Origin: Elsinoe ampelina
Taxonomy: Eukaryota
NCBI GenBank assembly: GCA_010093995.1
Contig: ML992507.1
Location: forward strand, 1,237,868 to 1,301,867
Length of the DNA stretch: 64,000 bases
Reading direction: 5' to 3'
The notes below the pieces were generated by a model. It searched no databases. It was not told the origin of the DNA and saw nothing but the letters and a program-made list of their open reading frames with translations. Below, one piece after another: positions 37,152-49,297 of this stretch (position 1 is the stretch's first letter; each line of letters opens with the position of its first letter). The position numbers and the translations under genes are program-made.

Positions 37152-37742
37152 TCACCGTCCCTCCTCCTTCCGCCACCGATCCAGCGCCTCCAACCACGTC
37201 AATCCCCCCGCACCACCCACACTCTCACACCTCTCATTCACAATCTGCCACGTCCTGGCCCTCACAATCTCCTCCACCATCCTCTCACTCCTCATCAACC
37301 CCGCCAACCTCTCCGTCCTCGCCTCTCTAGGGAAATACCTCGCCGAATACGGATCCAGCCTCTCATCCACCACCCGCTCCCTCGCCCTCGCATCCTCCAC
37401 TTCCCGCAAGACATGCTCCGGATCGTTCGGGTCCGGACTCGTCGCCACCCCCGCGCAGTAGTTCATGACGTCGCTCCTAGCCTGCCACGACGGGAAGAGG
37501 ACTCTGTCCCTGAAGGCCCGGCAGGAGTCGGACGGTACCAGGCGGCGGGAGCGAGGGGCGAGGTGTCGTTCTGCGGTGGTGGATGGGTCGAATTTGTCGG
37601 TCGATGGGGCGAGGAGCGAGTTGAGGTTTTGCGAGATGGTGTCGTCGATTGCGCTGCGGGAGACGCGGAGGAAGTCGCGGAGGGCGGTTTCGTTGAAGCA
37701 GAGTGATGGGGAGAGGGAGGGGCGGGAGGAGGCCGAGGCCAT
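37152..37742 (-). CDS. MIX23: Mitochondrial intermembrane-space protein Mix23 (caffeine-induced death protein 2 family)
   Basis: LSPSLCFNETALRDFLRVSRSAIDDTISQNLN, LFPSWQARSDVMNYC, DERLDPYSAR and VEEIVRARTW...C. Confidence 0.88.
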   Translation of the reverse strand: MASASSRPSLSPSLCFNETALRDFLRVSRSAIDDTISQNLNSLLAPSTDKFDPSTTAERHLAPRSRRLVPSDSCRAFRDRVLFPSWQARSDVMNYCAGVATSPDPNDPEHVLREVEDARARERVVDERLDPYSARYFPREARTERLAGLMRSERMVEEIVRARTWQIVNERCESVGGAGGLTWLEALDRWRKEEGR

Positions 37743-38073
37743 GTTGTGGCGAGGTTTGGGGACGGGTGGTGGTGGAGGACTGGGTGTTGGGGAGGGTTGG
37801 TGGGAGGGGTGGGACCAGAAGAGGGACGCCAGTTTGGGAATGTCGGGTATGTTGTTGACGATTTGGTGATTCAGATTTCTAATGTGTGCATGTTGTGAAT
37901 GAAGATGGTGATGGTGTTCTATGGTAATAGTCAGATATTGGAGGTCGTGACGTATAGGTTCCCCACTAGCGGCACGCGTAAAGTGGTTTTGTTCCGCGTC
38001 GCGTTTGAGAAAGCAGCGACTGCACCTCAGCTGCCTGAACAACTTACTGACATTTTGCGAACGAATCAGAGGA

Positions 38074-41042
38074 ATGCTATGGCGTCTGTGTGATATCGGA
38101 AGAGGACTCGGCCATTTTACGGAGCTGCTTTCGCGATCGTCTCTCGTTACGCGACCTACATCGAGAGCTCTTGGAGCGAGCTTCGCATCCACTAAGGCGA
38201 CACGTCCTGATCCCCATACACGGCGAACTATCTCGACTGCAATCATGGCGCCTGGACAATCGACACTCGGGTACGTGCAACCTCCCCAGCGAACACTAAC
38301 GTGCGATTCACCTTGCCTGACCCTTGAGGAGCACATCTGATTTTGGGACAGGAAATTCTTCGGGAACCCGAACGGACCCAAGGCAGCTCCTCAGCAAGCA
38401 AAACTTGCCTTCAGCAAGAAGACAGAGGCAAAGAAGGAGCTGACGACCGCTCCAGCGGCCAAGACAGAGCCTGCTAAAGATGTGCAGCCCAAAGCAGAAC
38501 CCGAGGCTGATCAGGATGTGAAGATGGAGAACGGAAGACACAACGGCACAACACCCAACGATGCAATCCCTATGAATGATTCAGACGAGGATGTAAAGCC
38601 ACCCCGGAAGAGGTCGATAGCTTCCGCATCTACAGCGTCCGAAGAAGAGCCTCCGACAAAGAAGCAACGCAGTAAAGCACCACCCAAAGCTCCTACACGG
38701 TCCAAGAAGGCCATCAAGATCGAGGACGATGACGATGATCTACCGGTGAGGTCTGCGAAAGCAGTCAATGGGAGAAAAAAAGAGAGCACAAGCAAGAAGG
38801 CGCCACCTCCACCTCCGGCAGCTGAGCCGGAAGCGGATGAGCACGACGAAGAGGCTGGTCGCAGCGATGTTGACTCTGACGCAGAGGCTGAAGAATCGGA
38901 GGAAGAGAAGCCAGAGGTCGCCGCAAAGGCTCGTGAGAAGATACAGAGTACATTGAAGTCAAACACAAAAGACCCATACCCGGACTGGAAACCAGGCGAG
39001 CCTGTCCCCTATGCGGCACTCTGCACAACCTTCTCTCTGATCGAGATGACGACAAAGCGATTGGAAATTATGGCACACTGCTCTCTCTTCTTACGCCAAG
39101 TTCTCCGTCTCACGCCTGAAGATCTACTCCCAACGGTTCTTCTCATGCTGGGCAAGCTCGCGGCAGATTACTCGGGCATCGAGCTCGGTATCGGGGAGTC
39201 GCTGATCATGAAGTCCATCGGCGAAAGTACTGGTCGAAGCCTTGCTATCATCAAGGCTGACCAGCAGGAGATTGGTGATCTTGGTCTGGTCGCAGCGAAA
39301 AGCAGATCGAATCAGCCAACAATGTTCAAGCCAAAGCCATTGACTGTTCGCGGTGTCCACAAGGGACTTCTGACCATCGCTACCATCGAAGGTCAGGGAG
39401 CTCAGGGCCGCAAGATCGGCGATATCAAGAAGCTGCTCTCTGCTGCTGACATCGAGCTTGCGGGAAAGAAAGGTGGCGTCGACATCACGAAGAACAAAGG
39501 CGGTGCCAGCGAGTCCAAATTCATCGTTCGCACACTTGAGGGCAAGATGCGACTCGGATTGGCCGAGAAGTCAGTACTGGTGTCTCTGGCACACGCCATG
39601 GTCTGGCACGATTCTGTCAAGAAGGATGCTAAGAAAGCACCGAGCACAGACACCTTGGTACAGGGTGAGAAGGTACTCAAGAACGTCTTCAAGTAAGTCG
39701 TCTTCCCAGGCAGAAGCGTGAATTACGACTGACCAGATCCAGTGAGCTCCCAAGCTACGAAGTCATTCTGCCTGCCTACCTCAAGCACGGCATCTTCAAC
39801 CTTCGCGAGGCATGCAACCTGCAGCCTGGCGTTCCTCTCAAGCCTATGCTTGCCCGCCCAACCAAGTCCATCACAGAAGTGCTCGATCGATTCGAGGGCA
39901 AGGACTTCACCTGCGAGTACAAATATGACGGCGAACGAGCACAGATTCACTTTGTAGCCCATTCTGCAAAGATGGACTTTGCCACCCCTGTCGCATCGGC
40001 CGGGAAGAGCGAGAAAGGCGTCTCGAACATCTTCTCTCGCAACAGCGAAGACCTTTCGAAGAAATATCCAGATATCCTGGCGAGGCTACCAACATGGGTC
40101 GCCGACGGAACCACCTCCTTTGTACTGGACTGTGAAACCGTGGCGTGGGACATTGACGAGAAGAAGGTCCTGCCATTCCAGAAGCTAATGACGCGCAAAC
40201 GCAAAGACGTCAAAGAGGAGGATATCAAGGTGAAAGTCTGCGTCTTTGCCTTCGACCTGCTTTACCTTAATGGTGAAGCACTGGTCAATAAGTCGTTCCG
40301 GGCACGCCGCGAGGCCATGATCTCCGCCTTCAAGCCTGTCGAGGGTGAATTCACTTTCGCGCAATACAAGAATACGTCGGAGCTCGACGAGATTCAGCTA
40401 TACCTCGAGGACTCGGTCAAGGCATCCTGCGAAGGTCTCATGGTGAAGATGCTCGACGGCGAAAGCAGCTACTACGAGCCGTCTCGTCGGTCCCAAAATT
40501 GGCTCAAGGTCAAGAAGGACTATCTCGCCGGAGCCGGCGACTCCCTCGACCTGGTCGTGCTCGGCGCATACTACGGCAGAGGCAAACGTACTTCCGTCTA
40601 CGGCGCCTTCCTGCTCGCCTGCTTCAACCAATCCACACAAGAGTTCGAGACCGTCTGCAACATCGGCACCGGCTTCTCCGAAGAAATGCTCGCTCACCTC
40701 CACGAGACTCTATCGCCCATAACAATAGAGCGTCCCAAGCCCTTTTACTCCCACAGCTCGGGCAACAAAGACCAGCCGGACGTGTGGTTCGAGCCCAAGT
40801 TCGTGTGGGAGGTGAAGACGGCCGATCTGACGCTCAGTCCACGGTACAAGGCTGCCGCTGGGAGCGTGAATGATCCGAACGGGAGGGGAGTCAGTTTGCG
40901 CTTCCCGAGGTTCATCAGGGAGAGGGAGGATAAGAAGCCCGAGGATGCGACGAGTGCGACCCAGGTGGCGGGTTTCTATAGGGATCAGATGGTGGTGAGT
41001 GGGCAGAAGAAGGGCGGGGTGGATGATGATTTTGAGTACTAG
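38074..41042 (+). CDS. CDC9: DNA ligase I, 3 exons; upstream ATG 38074 and downstream ATG 38245
   Basis: PIP-box QSTLG|KFF across intron 1; VPYAALCTTFSLIE; ELGIGESL; adenylation motif CEYKYDGER; EGLMVK; WLKVKKDY; SLRFPRFIR. Intron 2 spans 39693-39742. Confidence 0.96.
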
Positions 41043-41589
41043 CCGGGTCCTTGGTCGACTGGTCAGTGACATGGCGTTGCAAGAGACATGCATACTTCGC
41101 ATGGGGAGCCAGGCAGTGGATACCCGTCACAGCGTGGAGTATCAAATCGACTCGGTCAAGAATATCATGCTGCATATCATCAACTTCACGCACAATGCCT
41201 ACACTTTGTTGTCGAGTCGATCTTGTAACGACGTAAAAGGATCTATTTTCAACTCCTGCCAGTAATATCAAAAGAAGGGGTATCTCCCATCTACAGCCCA
41301 CTCTGCTCGTAAGATGAACAACCGTATCCCATACCCAGGTCGAAAGAGGCAGCACTTGCCATCATCGGACCTCTTCTCGTATACACGATGCCTCTCCCTC
41401 CCCAATGTCTCGACTCCTCCATCCCCTCTCCCAACTTCCCCTGTCATCTTCGCCTCCCCTTTCCCCCTACCTCCTCTCCATCTAACCTCTTCCCACCCTC
41501 CAGCCCGCTGCCTCACCAGTTCACAACCCCCCCTCCCGTCAACCGCCCCCTTTCACGCTCCCCGTGCTCACCTCCTATATCTCCCGCCG

Positions 41590-42855
41590 TCACCTCGCCT
41601 CCCTGCGCTTCATCTTAGCCTCCCTGCGCTTCATCTTGGCCTCCTCGCGCTTCAAATTAGTCGCCGCCGCAGCGCGCGCGCGAGCCGTCCATGCGTTTTC
41701 GTAGCGGATTCTGTCACGCCAGACGCGCCATTCGAGGACCTTGTTTGATTTCCAGATTTCTCTGTTGGCTGGCGGGTCCTGTCCCGTGTCCTGGCCTTTG
41801 GCGTCTGGATCCCTGGCGGATTTTGAATCAGTGCCGCCCCCATCGTGACACTGTGCATTCGGAGGTCGCTCGCTGTCCCCGTTTGGAAAGTCCGGGTTGG
41901 CTTCTCCTTTCGGGAACCCTTCTATCCCCACAACCTCAACCGCCCACCAATCCGCCCTCCACGTTGCGTCCCATGCTCTGACTGGCATCAACCAGTCGGC
42001 TGCATACTCGCTGCCCCATCCGCAGTGGAAGAAGGAACTCATACGCGTTACGCGGACGCGATGGCGTTTGCACTTGACGCAGATCCCGTGCGGAGAGCGG
42101 AAGTGGTGCTTCTTGCCTCTGTTGTCGATGAAGGGCTGGTTGCGTTCGGAGTACTCGCGGGAGAGGTAAAGAAGGGGAAGTCCTGGGTGATCGTTGACAA
42201 GGAGGGGCTCGGTTTCCGAATTGTGTTGAGACCGAGGTGGTGTGAAGGCGGTAGAGGTGGTGGAGGCGGTAGAGGTGGTGGAGGCGCCAGAGGTAGTGGA
42301 ATGTAGGGAGTCTGAAGGAGATGAGCTGGAGGGTTGGTCTGCTTGCTCTGCGCTGAAGAAGCGGTGGAGGGGAGATCTGCGGCAGGATTTGCTTCGATTC
42401 CGGCTTTGAGGGCGATTGCTAGGTTTGGTGCGGTTGAGGGCTGTGTCGAGCCATTTGTTGCGAGGTCGTTCTGATCGAGGAGGGGGGTTGTTGGATATTT
42501 GTCGGCTTCCCCCACGAGATCGCTCGGGGTCTGGTTCCGATTCAGACGAAGTGGCTACTTCTGGTTGCTTTCCCTTTGCCTTTGCGCTTCGCCGCTCTTG
42601 TTGATGTGTTTCTGGGGTTCTCAGAGAATTGTTTCTAGCTCCCCGAGATGCTGTGGAAGAATCATGCTCTCTGGTTCTGCCGCGCTATGGCTCTTGCGCT
42701 GGTACTGTTACAGGCTCTTCGGTGAGCTTCTTTTGCCTTCCTTCTTCTTTCTTTTTCGATTCTCGTTTGGGCGCAGTCACTTCGCAATCGGTCCCGTGCT
42801 TCGCCGCTTCGACCCCTTTCCCGCTCTCCTTGCCGTCTCTCGTGTTATTCTGCTC
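41590..42855 (-). pseudogene. Probable orphan gene relic: long low-complexity frame with an internal TAG and no upstream ATG
   Basis: One minus-strand frame is stop-free from 42684 to 41593 and from 42855 to 42688, separated by a single TAG (42687-42685). It contains frame-preserving 18-nt and 21-nt tandem repeats. Confidence 0.4.
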
Positions 42856-42870
42856 CTAAGACAACAGCCC

Positions 42871-44182
42871 CTAGCCCATCCCACCCTGGCCTCCACCGCC
42901 ACCCTGCACTCCTCCCACAGCACCGCCACTGTTGGTATTGTTCGACCCATTACCGCCACCCTCGACGACTGAGTCGGACAGGGCGAGCAGGAGCTGCGCA
43001 AGACAGCGCTTGGTAGCCGCGTCGTCGCGCAGGACGGATGAAAAGGTAGCGTCGCGAAGAGGCTCAGGGAGGCACTGCCTCAGGGCCTCACGAGCACGGG
43101 CATTGTCAGAGAGGCTATCCACGTCAGTCTGGGTCTAGAGTAAAAAGGAAATGGGAAGGCATACCGCAAGAAGCACCTGACAACATGCTTGAGTAGCCTG
43201 ACCGTCTGCTGCTCCACCAGCTGGTTGACCATGTTGCTCAGGACTGTGCCCACGGCATAAAACCTCTCGTACGTCTGGCAGATGTACTGCAGTCCCAAGT
43301 CATCCAGCAGAATCTTCTGCACGATGAAGATTGCAACAGTCTTGCTAAGCTCGCTGCCTGTCTCCATGATACGCAAACATAGCGGGATGATCTCGGTGGT
43401 GAGAAGGAAGTTGATGACCTCGCTACTGTCGTTCTTCACCAGCGCACCGATGACGCCGAGGGAGGTGAGGCGGAGGTATTCGAACGGGCGGGATTTTGAT
43501 GTTGTGTTGAGGAAGGGATAGAGGAAAAGTGGGATGTGGGCTGCAGTTGGTCAGTCCCAGCTCAGTATGTTAACTGAACTCACTCACCTCCTAGAAACAG
43601 TCCTCGTGTTTCGCTGTGACTGGCAACGCACTGTAGCAGGGCTAGTGCATTACAAACTCTGTTCGATGCCGCGGCTGTGAGTTGGCTGGGGTTCAGTAAG
43701 GGGTATACTGAGATGATCTCCTGTAGTAACGAGGTCATGACGCCTGTGACCGGTCAGCTTCTGTGCCCACAAACACGGCCATGAAAGCATATACCGAAGC
43801 TGTGCCACAGTATCAGCGCCAGCTCAGGGACCTGTTCCCTCTTCTTGCTCAGCTCCAGTAGCGCACTCTCCCTCGTCTCAGGCCTCATCATCTGTGCAAT
43901 CCACTCCAGTACCCGTCTATTCTCTTCATTCATACCATTCCCTTCTTGAGTCGCGGCTGCATTGCCTCCTGCCATACCTGCTCCGCCGATAGCAGACGGC
44001 TGAGTATTCCGCTCGATGTTCGCGGGGTGATCGAGGCCGGCTGGGCCGCGGAATTGTGGAAATTGGTTGCCGTTATTGGCGAGAGACTGCGAGTGGGAAG
44101 AGTGATGAGGGTTGTGCGAGGGATGAGAGGCCCAGTCGGGAGGGTAGTGCTGGTGGGAGAAGGCGTGTTGGGATGGTAGCAT
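42871..44182 (-). CDS. RCD1: CCR4-NOT subunit Rcd1/Caf40 (CNOT9), about 4 exons
   Basis: [83 protein letters not shown] and [16 protein letters not shown]. Confidence 0.95.
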
Positions 44183-44508
44183 GGCGATGTCGAGTCCTGG
44201 TGGTTGTGCTCTGGGCTATGGTTGATTGGCTGGCTTGATAACGACACTCTGTAGTGTGGTATGTGCGATTGACTTGTAGCGATCGACTGCTTAAAAATTG
44301 AAAGAATTGTGCTTTTCTAAACTTGTTCGTTGTGTCACGTCAAAGGTCTCGAAGCTCGGGTCGTCGTCGAAAAGCTTTGGCCCGGCTGAAGACGCAGAGC
44401 CGCATACGTGGGGCAGGTGATCCGACTACAACTACCTTATCCATACCACACTTTACTAGTCCTTCATAAGGTTCATGAATATTTCTTACGCTATCTGCAT
44501 ATTGAATG

Positions 44509-47133
44509 CTATTCTGCAGACCATCCTGGCACATTCTCCTCTGCCTGCTCAAACCTCTCATCCCACATTACCCTCTGCTCCATGGCCAGGTTCAGCAACC
44601 AATCCGTCTTGACTATCCTCGCCTCCAGAGAATACTTGTCTGCAAGCTTCCTGAATAGGGGCCACATCTTGACCTCCTCGTCTGATGTGCCGCTCACGAG
44701 GTACACAAAGTCTGTCTCAATATCTCCACCCTGATTCTGGCTCTCCGCACCGGCTTCGGGGTCGTCGTTGTAGAGCAATCGTCGCTTGGGTACGGTGACG
44801 CCGCTGCGTCCTCGGTATGGAATAGACTTTCCACCGTTGGTCGTGATGATGTCTGCGTACGTCTCATATCCACCATTGACCTTGTCCGTGACGTAGATTG
44901 TCCAGCCGCGCAGAAGTCGGTGGTTGTTGTCGCTCGCGCGAATCTGAGCGTTATTGAGTGTGATGCCTAGTCGTGCCTCTCCTTCCTTGTCCTCTAGTCG
45001 GTAGTCCACGACATCTGCGGGTAATGATTTGTGCTTGAGGACGTAGTCGAGGTACCTCGTATGTACAATGAACGGTGCGTTCGCAATGGCGGTAACGAAC
45101 TTTCGTGTTCGGAGGAGCTTCGGGGCGACCATGAGATCACACTGTGAGGGGTCGGTGACAAGTTGAATCCCGAGAGAGCGAAGAAGTTTCTATCATCGTT
45201 AGTACTAGAGCAGTCATCATTCTCCGTAGCGACTTACCCTATCGTCAGCCTCCTTCCTCGGCTTCTTCAACCACCTCTCGTCGCCAGTCACCAACATCTT
45301 GTGGATAACAGGTGGCTCATCCGTCTTCGCTTTCTTGACTGGCCTGGCCACGTCCATTTCCCCGTCACTATTGAAGCCATGCAGGTCCGAGATCTCCACG
45401 CCATCGTCAACAACCCGCTTCTTACCATGAATGACACCACCTTTCCGCGCTTGCTCCTTTTGAAACTCTGCCACATCCTTCATGGCTCTTTCAAGCTCTA
45501 ATTGGGCTCTCACTTTTGATGCTCTAGCCGTTCCGGGAGGAGCTTCATTCTCTTTGGAGGACGATCGTTGATGGCTCGGCGTGCCTGCACCACTTAGTCC
45601 CGCGCCGTTCTGCAGGTTGCTCGTATCCATAACCCGCACTGTCTTTCGTGGAGAGGGCTTTGGCCTAGTCTCCTGGGCTTCTTCCTGCTCCTCTTCCTCG
45701 TCCTCAGCGAAGAAATGCAGTCTCACCTGATCCAGATCGACCTGCGTAGTGCCGACTACTTCGCTTAGATTCGTCTTTCGTGGGAAATGTGTATATCGAG
45801 GTGCCGTAATGCTTTGTATCTGGCACTTGGCGTAGCTGTCCTCCAGCCACTGGTGGTTGATGATATGCACCTTCCACTCCTCTGCAGCCTCACACTTTTC
45901 CGACTTGGTATGAGCGGTAATCAAATGCGTGTTCTCCGGCCGCATGGTCTTGGTGAACTCGGCTCCAGCATACTGAATGAGATTCTCCAGGTATTGCCTT
46001 GCATCGCCAGTGTAGTTCGACAGACTGATCCTCATACTCTCGAAGCCAGGTAAGCCATCTCGGGGGATAGGATAGTGCAGCAATTGGTTGAGGGGGTTCG
46101 ACCAGCGATTCCGTGTGATCACCGAGTAGAACCAGGACAGATTTCCAACAGTCTTACCTTTGCGTGACGCCAGTACATAATCATCTCCATCCCTGTACTG
46201 TCCGATATATACATTACAATCATCCACGGTGTTCGTGATAGCGCCGCCAGCTCTCTCCACCAAATCCTTCAACGTCTGCGCAAGTTTGTCATGAATGTCT
46301 AGATCCTGCCCAAAGAAGATCTTCTTCGCAATGAAGGCAGTCAATCTCTTCCTCTGCGTCGACGGCATCTCACTTTCCGAAGCCGGCGGGGAAAGTGGCG
46401 GTGGATTCCCTGCAAAGGCTGACGTCGAGCCAGCCAGATTTGCTTGCGCATGTGGTCGCCGTGGTGTGAAATCTCCTCCTTCAAGTATCTCTGGATCTGG
46501 CAACACGTATGGCCCTTCGTGTATCTTCTTGCCCAGCTTCAAGCAATCGTCAAACCAGTGAGGAAGCACCACTTTTGTCGAAAGTTTCAAGCTCTTGACG
46601 ATCCTGATCTTCTCCGAATCTTCCGTCAAAGAGACTACATGCGTGACCAGTTTGGTCATGGACGAGCTGTAGAGTCCTCCCATAGCTATGACACCGGCTG
46701 TAATCGCATCCTTGTCTCCACGAGGTAGGTCTCCAAAGGTGATGATGACATCTTGGAAGATGAGCGCCGGGTCGGGACTATGTTGGCGGTAGTTGACGCA
46801 TCGTCCTTTGGTCAAGCTCTGCCGTATCCATGACGGCTTGACAACATGTACATTCTTGTCTAATGCTTCTTGATATTCGGGAAAGTCGGCGTTTGGGGAG
46901 ACGATGATCGAGTGGGCGCTTACTTCTTGAAGCGAATCGTCTTCTTTGGGAGTCAGATAGATGCCACTGTTGTCGACTATATCTTTCCGCAGCTGCGATA
47001 TGTGAGCTCCAGTTTATCAAACCAAGAGTGGTAACCGTACCTGAACAACTTCCTCCGCTGTCAAATCACTTGGTACGACTGTGAAGCTCTTGTTCGCAAA
47101 TATCCCATCCTCCCGCGTGGGAAAGACCTCCAT
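44509..47133 (-). CDS. Multi-BRCT DNA-damage scaffold (Brc1/Rtt107-like), 3 exons
   Basis: Repeated BRCT signatures (VVKPSWI, VVLPHWFDDC, VGNLSW, THLITAH...INHQWLEDS, LRTRKFVTAIA, IVKTDWLL). Introns at 47040-46993 and about 45238-45190. Confidence 0.88.
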
Positions 47134-47280
47134 GATGATCGGTTGTGTGTCATAAGGATGCGTGCTTGCTCATGGCATATGTAGAGTCATGGCAAGATGT
47201 AAGTGATCAAAACATGTCTTTTAAAGATTGTCAACATTTCATCCATGGGAGGGAAACGCGTGCTTGACGCGAAGCCGGGC

Positions 47281-48480
47281 TACGGCCCCACATGTTCACA
47301 AAGTGCTTTAACATTGGCAAATGTTTTACAGCTGTTTCGGATTCAAGCCGGCCACCCCAGCCTTGGCGGAACGCTGAACGACCTTACGTCACCAAAATTG
47401 GCTAGCTAGAGGTCGAGATCGATTATTTGCTATATAGTCGTTTAAATAGCTAAATCTAGTCAGTTTTTAAAGCTTAAAAAAGGTATAATAGTTGTCTCTT
47501 TACTTCTATATATTACTATAGTTACTTACTGTCTTAATAAGGCTAAGCTAGCTAACCTTATTATTCTCCTTACTAACGGCTATAGTAACTACATAGTCTA
47601 CTATAAGCTATATATTACTTGCTTAACTATCTATAATATTTAATTATCTCTTAAGTTCTTTAGAGAGTTTTATTTTTCTATTTTAATATATATTTAGTAT
47701 ACTTAGTAGTTTACTTTCTTCCTCGAGGCCTAGCTCTTTACCTACCTTACTAATATACTAACTACTTATCTTAATAAGCTATAAGATTAGCTATTTAAAG
47801 AGTATAGTAAGAGGATTAAATTAATTACTATTTAAGAGGCTATTAAGCAATAGAAGTAGTCTTAAAAAGTTACTTAAAAAAAGGCTATAGAAAGAGATAA
47901 GGTTTTATATATAGCATAGTTAGAGAGGTATAAGAGCTAGCTAGCTAATATAATTATTTACTTAGATAAATCTAGCTATAATAAGTACTCTTACTAGAGG
48001 CGTTATAGCTAGTTACTAAAAGGTGTTAAATATAAGAATAGTTAGCTAAAGACTTATACTAAAAGGTAAAGCGTACTTCTAGCTATTATAACTAGAGAAT
48101 ACCTCGAAGGTATACTTATCTATTATAGCTTAATTATAGGCCTTATCTTCTAAGATTAGCTAGAGTATACTATACTACTATAACTTAAGCCTAGTATAAT
48201 TATAGTAATAGATAATACGTTAATCTAGTATATAGAAGAAGTATAAAGGATAGTTAAAGAGTATAGATTATACCTTAAGTACTTACCTTCTAATTTATTA
48301 GATTTTAATTCTATTAAGAAGAGCTTCTTAGTACTAAAGGCATAGGTAAAGAAGTATTATAACTTAGCCTCTAGCTATTAATCTTTTAGTAAATTCTTAG
48401 CTTATAGAGTTAGTTAGTATAGTAGTAAAGGCGCTTATAATTAGTTTAGGTACTATAGATATAATATAGAGTAAATAGAG
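47281..48480 (+). mobile_element. RIP-inactivated Tc1-like (DD34E) DNA transposon
   Basis: The de-RIPed plus strand gives LD(E)S(GC) near 47960, RRY(GW)(SP)KG, (W)SVL(P)AI, IV(M)DN(AS)I at about 48200-48225 and L(E)YLP..(SP)DFN(P)I(E)KSF at about 48275-48325, with 34 residues between D and E. The putative left end follows TA at 47281. Confidence 0.8.
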
Positions 48481-49297
48481 TAAATAGTATAAAGATAGAG
48501 GTAAGGTTAAGCTTATAAAAAAAGTACTAAGTCCTTATTAAAAACTCTATACTACTAGTACTATAAGCCTATACTACTCTACTAGCTTATCCGAGCTAGA
48601 TTATACTATCTAGTTTAGTAGCCGAGTTAGATTATACTAACTTATACGCCGAGATAGAGCGCTATTTAGCTTAGCTACTAAGATAGAGTATTTTAATATT
48701 AGTATAAGAGTAGTAAATTAAGCCTATCTTAGCTACTAAGCTAGATAGCCTATAGCTATATTAAGTTAAACTCTTTAGCTTTATTCTCTTTACTTAAAGG
48801 CTTAAACTCTAAAGGCTTCTACTACTTCTTAAACCTTAATATCTTTCTCTTAATCCTTATAAGTAACTTCTCTTTTAAACTCTATAACTTAGTCTACTTC
48901 TTTTCTAATACCTTATAAATACTATTAATATTAAATTTAGTATCTCTTAGGTAGTAGAAGGCTTAATTAAGCACTATATACTTACTCTTAAAGGCTAGCT
49001 TCTACTTTAGATACTTAAAAAAGTTAAATAACACCTTAGTAGTATTAAATTATAAGTATATTAGTAAGGCTAAGAAGGAGATAGTATACCTTATATATTT
49101 ATATTATATACCTATATAGTTACTAGTAAAGTTAATAGTGCTCTACTACTACTACTAAGTAGAGAGAGGTAAGGCTACTTCTTCTTAGTAATAGTCCTAT
49201 TAGTCTTTAATTTACTTAATTTAAGCACTAGAGAGCTATAAGTTAAAGAGTCTAATATAGTACACTTACTAGCTTAAGCTATAGCTATCTATATAAG

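Noticed and set aside
37743..38381. N-terminal extension of the MIX23 ORF
   Set aside because: Starts at a non-ATG codon, overlaps the ligase 5' end, and family similarity begins only at ATG 37742.
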